A DNA stretch of 64,000 nucleotides from the human T2T-CHM13v2.0 reference genome, Homo sapiens. Both the position numbers and the translations under genes were made by a program. The notes beneath the pieces are model-generated. The model made no database searches. It worked only from the letters and a program-made list of their open reading frames with translations, and had not been told where the DNA came from. Of this stretch, positions 31,101 to 44,375 are shown in pieces. Each line of letters begins with the position of its first letter. Within the stretch, counting starts at the first letter, position 1. Location: NCBI RefSeq assembly GCF_009914755.1, contig NC_060930.1. One strand, 5' to 3'.

Positions 31101-32159
31101 AATTTTAGACCTTAATTTTTTTTAATTAGGGGGGTAGAAAGAAACATAAAACAGGGATAGAGAAATGTTCATTGACAAGGGGATCTATACATGTATTGTC
31201 TTACTTCCAATAAGTCAATTTAGTTTTTTATATTTTTATATATAGCAGTAAGGAAAAAGTCTATCACTCACTTCCTTGCAATCTGCTATCTGTGTGAAAA
31301 TCAAAACAACTCTAGTGTTCAAATTTCTCATGTGAATTAGGAAATGAGTAGACGCCATAAATGAAGCAAAATATGTCTATGATCTCTTTCAGAATAAATG
31401 CATTTCATTGATTCAGTGCACATCTGTTCAAGCCATTCTTTTAGTCTTTTCTTCCCTAAGCATCTTCATAAATTAATCTGCAAATAGAAAGACCAAATGG
31501 TATCAATAAAGATAAAGTGGACACAACCAGGGATGCATTTATTTGCTGAAATTTAGAGTTGGAAGATGGGTAAGTGAGCAAACATCCCAACTCCTTATCA
31601 TTATAAAACACACTGGGTCCAGGTGGGTTGCGGTGACCCCCGGGGCTGGTGCAGGATCCTGTCAGCTGCTCTCTTACCACTGCCCTTTGGTCTCAGTCCA
31701 GCACCCAATGGGTTAAAACAGGTGTGCCCACACTCCTCCATTACTCCAAATGCCCCAGTGATTTCCCATCTCAGAGCAAAAACCAAAGTCCACATAGTAG
31801 AGGAGATGGCCTAACTGCTATATATAAAAACAATAAAAATGTTAATTGACTCCCTGGAAGTAAGACATACCTATAGATTTCCATGCCAATAAAGAGTTCT
31901 CTATCCCTGTTTTAGTTCTTCCCTCCCCAGTTTTAAGAATTAAGATATAAAATTCTAAAAATTAAGGTGTACAAATTAAAAATTAAGGTATAATCTACAT
32001 AGGGTAAAATTCACCCTTTTATTACAGAATTTAGTGAGTTTTGACAAGCATATATAGCATTAGTTCTTAAATGCTGTGGACCAGGAGTGCACTTGTCTTC
32101 CTCTTTTTATTCTCTATATTTTTATTTTTTAAATCATATTGTTTTCTAATTGTTTTTAA

Positions 32160-32362
32160 GTTTTTTAAAAAAACTTTTAAGTTCAGGGGTAGATGTGCAG
32201 GTTTGTTATATAGGTAAATTTGTGTCGGGGGTGGGGGGTTGTTGTAAAGATTAATTGGTCACCCAGGTATTAAGCCTAGTACCCATTAGTTATTTCTCCT
32301 GATTCTCTCTCTCCTCCCAGCCTCCACCTTCCAATAGTCCCCAGTGTGTGGTGTTCTCTCTT
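32160..32362 (-). mobile_element. L1PA (older, PA13-16-like) 3' end
   Basis: ttttaagttcaggggta...gtgcaggtttgttatataggtaaa...cacccaggtattaagcctagtaccca. Confidence 0.85.
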
Positions 32363-32384
32363 TATTCTTTTCTGTCCTTGAGAC

Positions 32385-33060
32385 TGTGTTGCAATTAACC
32401 TGTCCCCATCCCACAGCACTGCTGTTGGATGGAAGGCACGGACAACTTGTCTACCGGGATATTGATTTCTAGATGCTGAGAAGCCACAGTTGGGTCTTGT
32501 GGGGAGTACTGATCATCAACCAGAGGTCTTAGACCTTCAGCTCCATGTACTGACTGGGTAGGACATTGGGTTGTCTTTCTGGGGGATGGTTTAGAATACT
32601 CTGCATGGGAAGAAGAGTGCAAACAGATATCTCTGCTACAGGATGACAAAATGGACACTACCAACATTCAAATGCCTCTTCCCATAATGTAGACTTGTCA
32701 CAGGAAAGCACTGGCAGTAGCCAGGGGTGACAGTTCCCAGCCCCTCTTCTCTGCATCCAGGGAAGGACATAAGCATAGTTCTTGCCACCATGCCCACGAG
32801 CAGAAGCATATTTGTCAGTGACAAGCAAGGCAATAAAAAGTTGAGATGTATTCTTCACCCTGTCTTTCTTCTTTGGTTGGTGGTGAGGCTCTTGGTGGTA
32901 GTAAAAGTGCAAGATTGAAGGAGTCTCAGACTCTAAATCACTGTGGTCTGACTAGGACAATCCACCATGGACTTCAGATGAGTGAGCAGAAATTCCTGTT
33001 GTGCTGCACCGTGGACACCTTGGGGTGTATTTGTTGTAGCTGCTCCTATTTCTCTGACAC
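32385..33060 (+). mobile_element. MLT1-type MaLR LTR
   Basis: 3' end motif atgagtgagcagaaattcctgttgtg...ggggtgtatttgttgtagc; boundaries approximate. Confidence 0.55.
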
Positions 33061-33160
33061 ATGCTCTTACACTCTTTCCTATTGATAATCCCCGGATTAT
33101 TTTTTTAAATGAACAATTTTTAATTTTTTTAATGATAAAGCTTTGCATTCCATTAAGTCA

Positions 33161-33520
33161 TGTCTTAGTCAGCTTAGACTGCTCTCAAAATACTATAGGT
33201 AGAGTGGCTTATAAACAACAGAAGTTTATTCCTCACAGCTCTGGGGGCTGGATGTTCAAGATCAAGGTGCCAGCATGGTTGGGGTCTGGGGTGACCCTTT
33301 TCTGGGTTGGAGGCAGCTGACATACCACTGTGTCTTCATATGGTGGAAAGAGGGCAAGAGGGCTCTCCAGGGTCTTTATTTATAAGGGCACAAGTCCTAT
33401 TCCTGAGGGTTCTATCCTCAAGATCTGATCACTTCTCAGAAATCCCCACTGCGCAACACCATCACAATGGTCTTTTCAACATGCATCATTGGTGGGAGCA
33501 CAAGCATTCAGTAGATAACA
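33161..33520 (-). mobile_element. MLT1A/MST-type MaLR LTR
   Basis: tgtcttagtc...ggcttataaacaacagaagtttattcctcacagctctgggggctgg...aagatcaaggtgccagc. Confidence 0.85.
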
Positions 33521-33884
33521 GTGATGAGGATGATGATTTGTTTTATGATGATAATACATGGCACCCCATGAAATCATAATACAGAATTGCTAGTCCTAGA
33601 TTGCAGTTTCTATAAAGAGCTCTATGAAGCTGAAAGAAAATCTGAGAACTTGGGAGTGATTGACAAGAAGTCTAGGAGAGGAGCAGGAATCGGATACTGG
33701 AGGGCTCTGCAGGCCTGAATAATGGTCACGCTAATGAATAAGGAGGTTTTAAAATAAAATTCCACATGCCTGCCCTCAGGATTTTCATGGATCATCACCC
33801 CCAAAGCAGCTTCATCCTGCCAATGAACATTGGCATAGAAAATTCCTATTTTGGAATTAAAAAAAACTACTTTTGTTTCTATAA

Positions 33885-34085
<201 letters not shown>

Positions 34086-35711
34086 TAAAAGTTATATCAT
34101 TCTCCACAAGGTGAAAGTTTAGTAAACAGTGAATAGCTTAAGGAATTTAAGAAGGATGAATCTCAGATCTTGGTGAGCAAAATGAGGACAAACAATAAAT
34201 CTTTTCCTCAAGAGTATTTGGTTGCGTATGCTAAGTCTGAATCTCTTACTGCAAGTAAACTGTGTGATATCTATTCTTACAGACAAAGTAAATACAGCTC
34301 TTCAAGGAACAACCTGCAGTCATCAGGGACAGGAGCGTCTCCATGAAGGAAACCTCACAGGCCTTTCTGCTGAAAACCTTGCAACTCCTTGGAGAGGGCA
34401 GCCCTGGCAGAAACTCAGACAAAGCAAACCCTACAGGGGAGTGAATTGATTATAATTTTAGCACAGATTTCACAGCCCAGGATCCCCCACTGTTTGTTGC
34501 AGGATAGGAAGTCCAGACTGTTTTTTATCTGCCTATTCCCAGGTTATCAAAATGATTCATTATGGCCAATTCCTGAGAGATTGATCTAGAAACCAGAATG
34601 CCAATATGTGAGTGGATAATGTGACCTAGAGCTGAAGAAATACTGGTATCTGTTGTACAATCAATACTACACTTTCCTAGAAGTCAGGCCTTTTGAAAAA
34701 TTTATTTTTTGGACAACATTCTTAATTTTTCTAAATTCATCTATTATAATATGTTCTTAGGTCATTTCTCCAGGAATTAAAGGCCCTGAAATTATTTGGC
34801 ATGTTTCTGTGATATAAAGTTACTATTGGCAAGATCAAAGACAGTGTTAATTAAGCACAGGGTTTACTAGTCTCTATAAAGTTAGTAGACCATTAGTTGA
34901 AATTGCAGGCTAATCCAGCCAGTAGAGTAAAAAAAAATAAAAATTAGTTTATTGTTGATGTAAATTAAAAAATGTTCTAGTCAATATAAATGTTTATTCT
35001 TTCCCACAAAAAACCTTTTTTTTCTGATTCATGAAAATGTTTTGATAGTAATGATTTCTTTTTAAATAAATCACGTGCACATAATCCCATTGTCTTTCAA
35101 ATCAAATGCATGGAATTTTGCTAGCCATTTACTGTGCATCAAGAAATTACTCAGAAAAAAAGGCAGCGGTTTGTTTGAAAAGCTGAGAATCATTAACTTT
35201 AGTTGCCATTATCAATTAAAAGGGCAACAGTGATTAGCAGAGATCTCTTGGTCTTAGCACTAAATTGATGGGCCTGGTAATATGAAACCTGGTTTTGCTT
35301 AACTCTGAGCGTGTAAATATCAATTTCTCTCCATGAGTTACATTTCCACTGTGAAATCTAAAGTTGGATTTTCAATGCAGAACTAATTAAGATGTTACAG
35401 ACACCAAGTTAATTTGATATGTCTGAAAGCATAAAAAGGGATTATTTTAAAGGTGGTTCAGTGAACACCCCAAGATGATGTATGTGAGTATTTCTCCTTG
35501 CACATGTCACAGAGGTGCTACTTTAAGGTACTGGGAAGTTTTTCAAAAGACACAATGTTTGAGTTGTAAAAGAATAAAAATATTGGTCATACAAATTTAT
35601 TAAAAATTATGTTATCATTATATACCACTGATGTGTACTCAGTGTTTTATATATAATATTTCAGTGTGGGGTAGATATCATATGATAGTAGATACCAAAT
35701 AGTGTATATAT

Positions 35712-35830
35712 TATTATTGTCCCTACTTTCCAAATAAGGAAACTGAGGCTCAGGGTAGATAGATAACTCACTTAGTTCACAAAGTCAGTGAGTAGCAGAG
35801 TCAGAATTTGCTCTACTTCCCTTGTGTGTT
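35712..35830 (+). mobile_element. MIR fragment
   Basis: attattgtccctactttccaaataaggaaactgaggctcag. Confidence 0.75.
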
Positions 35831-36159
35831 AACTAAAGACGCACTATCCTTTTTAATTCCAACACTTTCTGGCCCTTTTTAAAATGTACTGAAAAAATAA
35901 ATTTAACAAAGTAGGGTACAAATTACTATGGGAATTGGGAATGAAGTGTCCAGGGTACTTTAGGTAATACATAAACCTGACAGTCCAGTGACTGACTACT
36001 GAGTGACCAGGTTGATTTCTAGTCTTTCAGGTGGATCCATTTCATGAGAAGTCGCCACTATGAAGTGGGGACATCTGTAAATAATTATATATGTTACGTC
36101 ACCTTTCCTGGGAATCAAGACAATTTTGCATTATGTCCACATAGGCCATTGGAAAACAT

Positions 36160-36490
36160 TAAAAAATCCTGAAATAGACCCACACATCTGTGGACAATTG
36201 ATATTTGACAAAAGTGAATATAAACTAAACCATAGACCTAAGTCCAAAAACCAAAACTATAAAATGTGTAGAAGAAGACATCAGAAATAAAATCTCTGAA
36301 TACATGAAGACTTCTATGCTATGAAACCAATAACAGAATCAACTCAACAACAAAAATACATTAGACTTAATTCAAATGTAAAGCTTCTGATCCTCATAGG
36401 TAGTGCTCAGAAAATAAAAATTCAAGATAGAAAATATCTTTAATACATTTATCTGATGAAATAATGATATCCAGAATATATAGAGAATTC
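36160..36490 (+). mobile_element. Old L1 ORF2 3' fragment
   Basis: gaaatagacccacacatctgtggacaattgatatttgacaaa...atatccagaatatatagagaa. Confidence 0.75.
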
Positions 36491-36737
36491 TTTTTTTTAT
36501 TATACTTTAAGTTTTAGGGTACATGTGCACAACATGCAGGTTTGTTACATACGTATACATGTGCCATGTTGGTGTGCTGCACCCATTAACTCTTCATTTA
36601 ACATTAGGTATATCTCCTAATGTTACATATTTGGGATATATATATATCCCAAGTATATATATATATATATCCAAATATATATATTTGGGATAATGTTATA
36701 TATCCCTCCCCACTCCCCCCACTCCACTACAGGCCTA
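36491..36737 (-). mobile_element. Young L1PA 3' end carrying a complex insertion
   Basis: ttattatactttaagttttagggtacatgtgcacaacatgcagg...gtgtgctgcacccattaac. Confidence 0.95.
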
Positions 36738-36817
36738 TGGTGAATGTCTACATGGTATAAATAATAACAATATTAAAAATATTTCTAATATAAAAATATA
36801 AAAGCTAAACTCCTTTT

Positions 36818-36922
36818 GAGGCTTCTCAAGTCATTTGGAACTGTGAGCCAATTAAATATCTTTCCTTTGTAATTTATCCAGTCTCGGTCAGCTCTTTATA
36901 GCAGTATGAGAACAGGGTAATA
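36818..36922 (+). mobile_element. MST/THE1 LTR 3' fragment
   Basis: ggaactgtgagccaattaaa...ccagtctcgg...ctttatagcagtatgagaac. Confidence 0.75.
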
Positions 36923-37006
36923 AAGAGAGGACGGAGGTGAGAATAAATCTTTCTTATTAAATTGGAACTGAAGGTATCAATATACATCTATGGGTTAATA
37001 GATGAG

Positions 37007-37366
37007 TGTATTAGTTTGTTTTCATACAAACTGCTGATAAAGACATATCTGAAACTGGGAACAAAAAGAGATTTAATTGAACTTACAGTTCCACTTGGCT
37101 AGGGAGGCCTTAGAATCACGGCAGGAAGCAAAAGGCATTTCTTACATGGTGGCGGCAAAAGAAAAAATAAGGGAGAAACAAAAGCGGAAACTCCTGACAC
37201 ACCCATCAGATCTCATGAGACTTATTCACTATCACCACAATAGCATGGGAAAGACTGGCCAACATGATTCAATTACCTCCCCCTGGGTCTCTCCCACAGC
37301 ATGTGGGAATTCTGGGAGAGACAACTCAAGTTGAGATTTGGTTGGGGACACAGTCAAACCATATCA
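37007..37366 (-). mobile_element. THE1 (C/D-like) solo LTR
   Basis: tgtattagtttgttttca...gctgataaagacata...caaaccatatca; TSD atgag/atggg. Confidence 0.92.
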
Positions 37367-37420
37367 ATGGGCATAGATACAAATGTACATATTGACATAT
37401 ACATTTACAATTGATATCAT

Positions 37421-37421
<1 letters not shown>

Positions 37422-37451
<30 letters not shown>
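37422..37451. repeat. (GT)n microsatellite
   Basis: Direct reading. Confidence 0.95.
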
Positions 37452-37452
<1 letters not shown>

Positions 37453-38349
37453 TGTTTCCTGGCTCTGGTTCCTATCTGCTGAGAGGAACTAAAAGCAATA
37501 ACATCTAGCAGCAATTGGCATATCTAGTGCCCAAACCTTGGCTTTCAAACACCATCCTCACTAAAAGAAATCAAGGCGAACTGGAGGAAATACTAATTCC
37601 AGGGCTGGAAATGGGAAATAAAAAATGAGAGTAGAGCATTTTGTTAATCAAAAATTAAAGTGATGGAAAAATGATGGGGAGAGGTAAAAAACCATAGAAA
37701 TCAGATTTAAGGGGCTCCCACTGGCTAAAAGCCATATTCGAAATTAAGATTATGTAATTCCATATTGAAATAAATAACTTAATAGCAGAAAAGCAAAACC
37801 TTTTCCTCACAGTAGAAACCCAAAGAATAAATTCAGAAAGAATGATTGAATTAGAAAAGCACTATTTGACAATCATCATAAGATAATTTATTTGGACAAG
37901 AATCATCAATGGCTACTAAAATTAGTATAAGAAACATTTGAGGAAAAGTGTATTAATTCAGTCTCAGAGTATCTCCCTTCAAGGTACTTATTAATCACAA
38001 AGTTAAAGCAATATCTTATAGCAAGAGACATTGAAGATATAACTTTAAAAATGATAACAATTATCATTGGTAGAAAAGGGACAATTCAGTACCATATACC
38101 TCCTGATAGAATGTACTAAAAACAACACCTATTTTGTAGTATTTCAGTAACAAATACATAACCTTGAATATACTCATTAGAAAACATCTGACTATCCCAA
38201 ATTAAAAGTTGGTGAACACAATATCTAGCCTGTATTCATCAAAAACGTCAAAGACTAATAAATTATTCAAGATTAAAGATTAACATTACATGAGAGAACT
38301 AAACAGTGAGTGATCTTGGACTGGATTCTGGACCTTTCTTTTTTTAATT

Positions 38350-40090
38350 GTACAGAGTATTTTCTTTAGTCACCATAAAATTGAATAGAAATACATTAGA
38401 AAAAATATCTAGAAAGTTCTCAAACATTTGTAATTTAAGCAACATGCTTCTAAATCATCCATGGAACAATGAAGAAATCACAATGAAAATTAGAAAATCT
38501 TTTGAACTAAATGATGCAAAGTACAACAGGTCCTATCTGTGAAATACTTCTAAAGCAATGTTTACAGGGAAATTGATAGCTTTGAATATTTATATTAGAA
38601 AACTGAATAAAAGTTTAGACTCAAAAAGCTAAGTTTCCATTTCAAGAAGCTAGAAAAAGATGCACATATTAAAGCCAAAGTCAATAGTAGGAAAAAAAAA
38701 ACTATAAAAATGAAATCAGAAACAATGAAATAAAGATTAGGCAAACAATTGGAAAAATAACAACATACTGAGTTTGGTAGATTAAAGGTAAAAAAAAGGC
38801 CAAAAAAGACCCCATACTACCAATATCATAATGAGAAAGAAGATATTATTACAAACCCTATACTCATTAAAAAGTAAATTTAACAACATAGCGAAGCAGT
38901 CAAATCTCCTGAAAAATGCAACTTACCAAAACTGACTAAAGATGAAAAAAAAAATCTGAACAGTCCTTTATCTACTATACAAACTGAACTCATTATCAAG
39001 AACCTGTCCACAGTGAAAATTCCAGGCCTGGATGGTTTCACTGAAAAATTAATCCAATCATTAAAAAATAAATACTAGTAACATTCCAAAAATTAGAGAA
39101 GGAAACCCATGCCAATTCATTTTATAATGTCAGTATTAACTAACAACAACCAGACAAAGACATTACAAGAAATGAAAATTGTAGACTAATATCTGTCTTG
39201 AACATTGGCCAAAAACAAACAAGCAAATAAAAACGAAATATGAACAAACAAATTCCAGAAATATACGAAAAGGACAATACATCACGACCAAATGTGTCTT
39301 ATCCCAGAAATGCAAGGTAGAATAACTGAATATCAGTGTAATTCACCATATTAACAAAATGAGATCAACTATACTGTTTATATTAATTAAAATGAAGAAA
39401 AACATTTATCAATACTCATGAAAGGTCTTACTTATAATGAAAGGTCTCAGCAAACGAAGAATAAAAGGAAATTTCCTCTACTCAATGAACATACTTTTCA
39501 AAAATACAGTTAGCATCATACTTAATGGGATAAAATGTAATCGTTTTTTCCTAAGATCAGGAATGAAGAAAGGATATCTGTCCTCATCATTTCTATTCCA
39601 CTGATTCTAACCAGTGGAGGAAAACCGTAAAAGTAAAAATATATGTCACCTAAAATGATATAGATACGAATATATACACAGCTTTATTCATTATTGCCAA
39701 ATTCTGGACATGATCCAGGGGTCTATTGATAGCAAAATGAGTCAAACAATAGTGCTATAGAGTGGAACAAACTAGTCAAATATAGAAATACATGTGAAAG
39801 TATCGAATACAGCAAAGGAACCCAAACATTCAGAAGCACACATTGTATGGTTCTATTTATACAAAGTTCTTGGACAGCAAAAATTAGTGTATGGTGGCAA
39901 AAATCAGAACATGGGTTGCCTCTTGGGAGCAATTAAGGAGAAAAAGCCACAAATAAACTTTCTAGAATAATGAAAATATTCCATGCCTTGGTAGGAGTGT
40001 GGTTACAGGATTATATATATTTGTCAACACTCACCTAATTGTACACCTAAATTCTCTGCTTTTCACTGTATAGAAATTTATCTCAAACAC
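38350..40090 (+). mobile_element. Old L1M ORF2 relic plus L1ME-type 3' end
   Basis: aagaaatcacaatgaaaattagaaaa...ccaggcctggatggtttcactg...; 3' end tgtatggttctatttatacaaagttc. Confidence 0.8.
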
Positions 40091-41590
40091 TTTCAAAAGA
40101 ATTGCAGACAAAAATTGAAAACTAGTTAGTAGTATGGGTTCTGAAACAACCTTTTAAGTGTGTAAGGCTTGAACCATGACTAACTGTTGAGGAACTGAAA
40201 ACAGAATCACAGAATCAAAACGGCAGAGTGAAATAGTGAGACCCCGAGTGTCTCCTTAGGAGGAATGTGTTAGCAGTCCAGCACACGTCCCCATCACTCA
40301 CTCTAGCTGTCCACCACCTGCTCTTTTTAGCGATGTACAGAGACGTCTGTGCCCCTTCAACACTGAGCCTGACCCCACCCTTCGGCCATCAGGAATTCTT
40401 CTAGGAAGGCACTGGGCCTCTGTTGTTCCACTTGGCAGGCCTCAGGCTACATGGCCACCTATCCAGTTTCGAACATCTGCTGTCTGACCATGATAGTAAG
40501 ACAGAACCGAGACAAAAATAAAAAAGTATTCCTATGCGTCTGATTACCACCCAGAATAAAGAGGTGTTTAGAAATGTGTCATGAGAAGCTCCCTAAATCC
40601 ATTCTGATGAGGTGGGGATGAGGTTGAGGAGAATGGAGATGATGGCAATGAGGTTTTTCATTAAACTGAAGAAAAGTAGTAAAGAATTTGAAATGGAGGC
40701 AAATGGTGAGATTATGGGAGTCCTGATGGAAACTGGCTGATTGACAACGGAAGATTAAAGTGCACCAGTTCATAATTAGAAGATGGCAAAACAGTCCTGA
40801 GCTCCTTTATTTCTGTGCAGTGATTACATCAGGGAAAATGAAATGTAACAGCTCAATAAAACTTGGATATGATGCTGACGGAAACAAAATTTAAAGGCTT
40901 ATTTTGGCAAGAAATTGGGATCTCTGGGACCTAAGACTTTGTTTTGGCTTTATCAATGTGCTCTTTAATTCAGGACACTCGACCTCTTTTCCCCCTGCAC
41001 TTGCCAAGTTGAAAAATGAAGTCATAAATGCTCTTTCAACATTTTCAATGATACCAATAAATTGTGAAGATACATTTAATTAATACAATATTATCCAAGT
41101 TTAGCAATTCGTAAGAAAAATGCCAACTAATACACGGGTGTACATAAACCTAAGGGAGTTTTTTTTTAATCACATGAGAAATGAAAGAATCAAAGAATGA
41201 AGATTTATCTTTAGGGAAAATATTAAAAGCTAGACAGAAAAGTGTTTATAATACACATCTCAAAACATGGAAGACAAAAATCCCTGCCATTTCAGCTATT
41301 TACTTGAACACCATAGTTCTTCAGTAAAAATAATTAAATGACATTTAATGTCAACTGACATTATGTCGACTGAATGCTTTAGTAGAATGCATTTATGCCA
41401 TTCCATCAAGAGAATTTGAAAGTATAAATGATGGCAATAATGTATTCTTTTTTCTGATGTTCTTTTGTGTCTCACTAACCCTCATTGCTTTAGTAGCTTG
41501 GTTGTTTTACCCCTGGTTCTTTCTGTTTATTTTTTCTTATAAGCAATTTAGAAAGTCTTCTGCTTCTATTCTTAAGAAGGAAAGTCCATC

Positions 41591-42264
41591 TGTTCCAGGT
41601 GGTTAGGCATGAGCAGTGCAGGAGAAGGCTCTTCCCCCACCCACTAGGAATGTCAGGTAACGGTTTGGCAATTATCAAATTGCCTCTCTAAAAGTGATAC
41701 ATTGGCAGCCAGAGCCAGGGAGATGCCATTTCCTGATGATCCACACCTGTTAACATTAAAGTGTTAATTAAAGCCCATCCCAAGAAGAAGAAACATACAC
41801 ATTAAGACACAAAAATATGATCATCCGGGCACACTCCACTGAAAAAGTGAAGAAAGCCTCTGGTGGGCACGTGTACGACTTCCTAAAACATGGCGCATGC
41901 TCACTTCCCAAGGGTAAAGACGGCACTGTGCATGCAGGTAGCCCACCTCAAGGGAAGAATCATGGGAAATAGGTGAGTCTATAAAAGTCCTAGAATCACT
42001 GTTAAACAGGGCGCTTCATCTTCTCTCTTTAACTTTCACGTGCCCTCTTGAATCTCTTCCAAGTGAGCTTTCCTTTCTTTCCTGTTCCAAGGCCTTTTAA
42101 ATAAACTTCCACTCCTGTTCTGAAATTTGCGTGGTCTCTTTTTCTGCTCTATGCCCCTCAGTTGAATTCTTTCTTCTGAGGAGGCAAGAATTGAAGTTGC
42201 TGAAGATGCATACAGATTTGCCGCCGGTAACTCGGGGTAGCTCAGATCTCTTCCACCGCTAACT
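41591..42264 (+). mobile_element. MER50-like ERV1 solo LTR
   Basis: tgtt...ttaggcatgagcag...; TATA-like ctataaaa at 41979; AATAAA at 42100; 4-bp TSD catc on both sides. Confidence 0.85.
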
Positions 42265-43678
42265 CATCTGTACTAGCTAATAAAATCGACTCCCATAGTG
42301 CTGGGTCCTCTGTGTAATCGTGGCCTCAACACTCTACAAATAATATTCTGAGAATTTCTGGTGAAGATTTACAATTATTAAATGTAAAACATTGATTGGA
42401 AAATATTGCAGAATCCATTTTACCGATTATATTTTATAAAATTACACAGATTATTATACCAATAACTTCAAGTATCTAATTTTCTGGTGAAGAAGTTTCT
42501 TCACACAAAGTTGGCTAAGTTAAATATATCAATTCCACGTATTGGGACATGTACTTGAGTTCCACAATGATATGGGAAAATGACATAGTATCATAGCAGA
42601 ATGAGAAGATGTATTCAGTTCTCCTTACACCTTCCATAGATAATCAGGAACATGGGCTCACAGGCAGCCTTGCCTTTCTTTCCATTGTGCAGGTGGCAGT
42701 CATTTATACAAGTGCTTGAGGCTTTTTCCTAATCCCCAAGTCCGGGGCATCCACAACATCAGTCAGAAACATTGGATGCTAAATTTTGAAACCACCACTC
42801 ACTGTGAGCTACCAAGAACCAAATGGAAAGTTACCACAATCCTACAAAAATGATAATAGGGTAATTGTTCAAAATGAAAAGCTATGTTAACTAGTTATAA
42901 ATAGCCTTTGACACAAGCAAAGCAATTATTGAATGGTTAAGAAAAATAGCTTTTTCCCCAGAAGAGACACATTCAGTGTGCAGTGGTAAGGGGAGAGCGG
43001 TCCAGTTGGAAAAGAAACGAAGAGAAAGTAGTGCCCTTATCTCAAAGCCTCTCGAAAGAAACTTCTTCCCAGCTGGTTCGTGGGCCCTCTGAGTTCTCAT
43101 AAGCAGAAGAGCCAGAGTCAGGGCAAGGGTTCCCTTTTGCCTTCCAGTGACTGCAGAAGGACAAAGAAGCAGAAGGACCCACATCGATGGGTTCATCTCC
43201 TGTACCTGGTTTCCTTTTAGCTCACTTCTAGGCTGCAACAATAGGATATAGCTACCAAAAACAGACAATAGTCAAAGAAAAGTAGAAATGTCCAAAGGGC
43301 CATTACAGTATTCTAATGGTTCTACATTTTGATGATAACATTATTATACCAACATAATATCACATCTTTATTTCATGTAAAAATTATACTGTCTGTGGTC
43401 AAATGTGCTGAGCAAATCAAGGGCTAATACTTCTAATTAGAGTAACTGTCAATTGTCCCACCGGTACTACCTGCCCACATGGTATGATGGCAAGGGCCTT
43501 GAGGAGGTCCCACAGCCCCAAAATGGCCAACACTACAAGCTGACTGATATCTAACATACAGATTGGTGATTTACCAAGTAATTATTTTATATGTTTGAAC
43601 CCTGTTAAAATTCAAACACTCCAGAGTGGGCCTATCCTATGTTGATGGCATCTTTCCTATTGTGGGAATGAGAGCAGG

Positions 43679-44375
43679 TGTTGCTGACAGAGACTATTAG
43701 ATGCCTGCTCAACATCCACCCACCTCAATTTTTTTTAGTAACAAAATTATATTTCAAAGAATCCTTTTCCATGCGCAACTGTTCTAGCCAATGAGAAATT
43801 GGGGTGGGGAAGGGGATTTGGAAGTGGAATGACCATATTTTGCAGATGCCTGGGGGAAAAGATAGAACAGGGTGGATTTTGGGTACTATTATGGAGCCAC
43901 CACACCAACCCTGGACGGCAACTTCCAGATATGTGAGAAAAATAAAATTTTTTAATCTCATCTTTTTATGGCTGCATATTTTCCATGGAGATGGAGGCCA
44001 TTATCCTAAGTAAAATAAGTCAGAAACAGAAAATCAAATACTATATATATGTTCTCACTTTTAAGTGGGAGCTGAACAATGGGTACACATGGATGAAAGA
44101 TGAAATAAATCAATGTAAAGATAAAAATAATAGACACTGGGGACTCCAAAAGGGGGGAGACGGTGTGAAGTTTGAAAAATTACATATTGGGTACAGTGTT
44201 TCCTATTTGGGTGATGGGTACACTAGAAGCCCAAACCTCACCATTATGCAATATATCCATGTAACAAACCTACCCATGTATCCTCTGAATTTAAAATTAA
44301 AAAAGAATCATCTTTTTTTTTAACTATTCTTGGGGTTTTTGCTATTTGCAAATGAACATAATTTCTAACTCAAGC
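43679..44375 (+). mobile_element. Old ERVL-type LTR (LTR16/33-like), interrupted by an L1 3' end
   Basis: ttctagccaatgag...ccaaccctgga...gtgagaaaaataaa; resumes after the L1 with ggggtttttgctatttgca. Confidence 0.5.
43983..44305 (+). mobile_element. L1PB/L1MA 3' end
   Basis: ggaggccattatcctaag...gttctcactt.taagtgggagct...catgtaacaaacct. Confidence 0.9.

Larger units (their letters stand above)
36925..38335 (+). mobile_element. L1MC/L1MD-type 3' UTR relic, split by THE1
   Basis: ggaactgaaggtatcaatat...tctagtgcccaaaccttgg...aggggctcccactggc...cttggactggattctgga. Confidence 0.65.

Noticed and set aside
34800-35500. TAAT/ATTA-rich non-repeat block resembling a developmental enhancer
   Set aside because: Cannot be told apart from AT-rich background without conservation or chromatin data.
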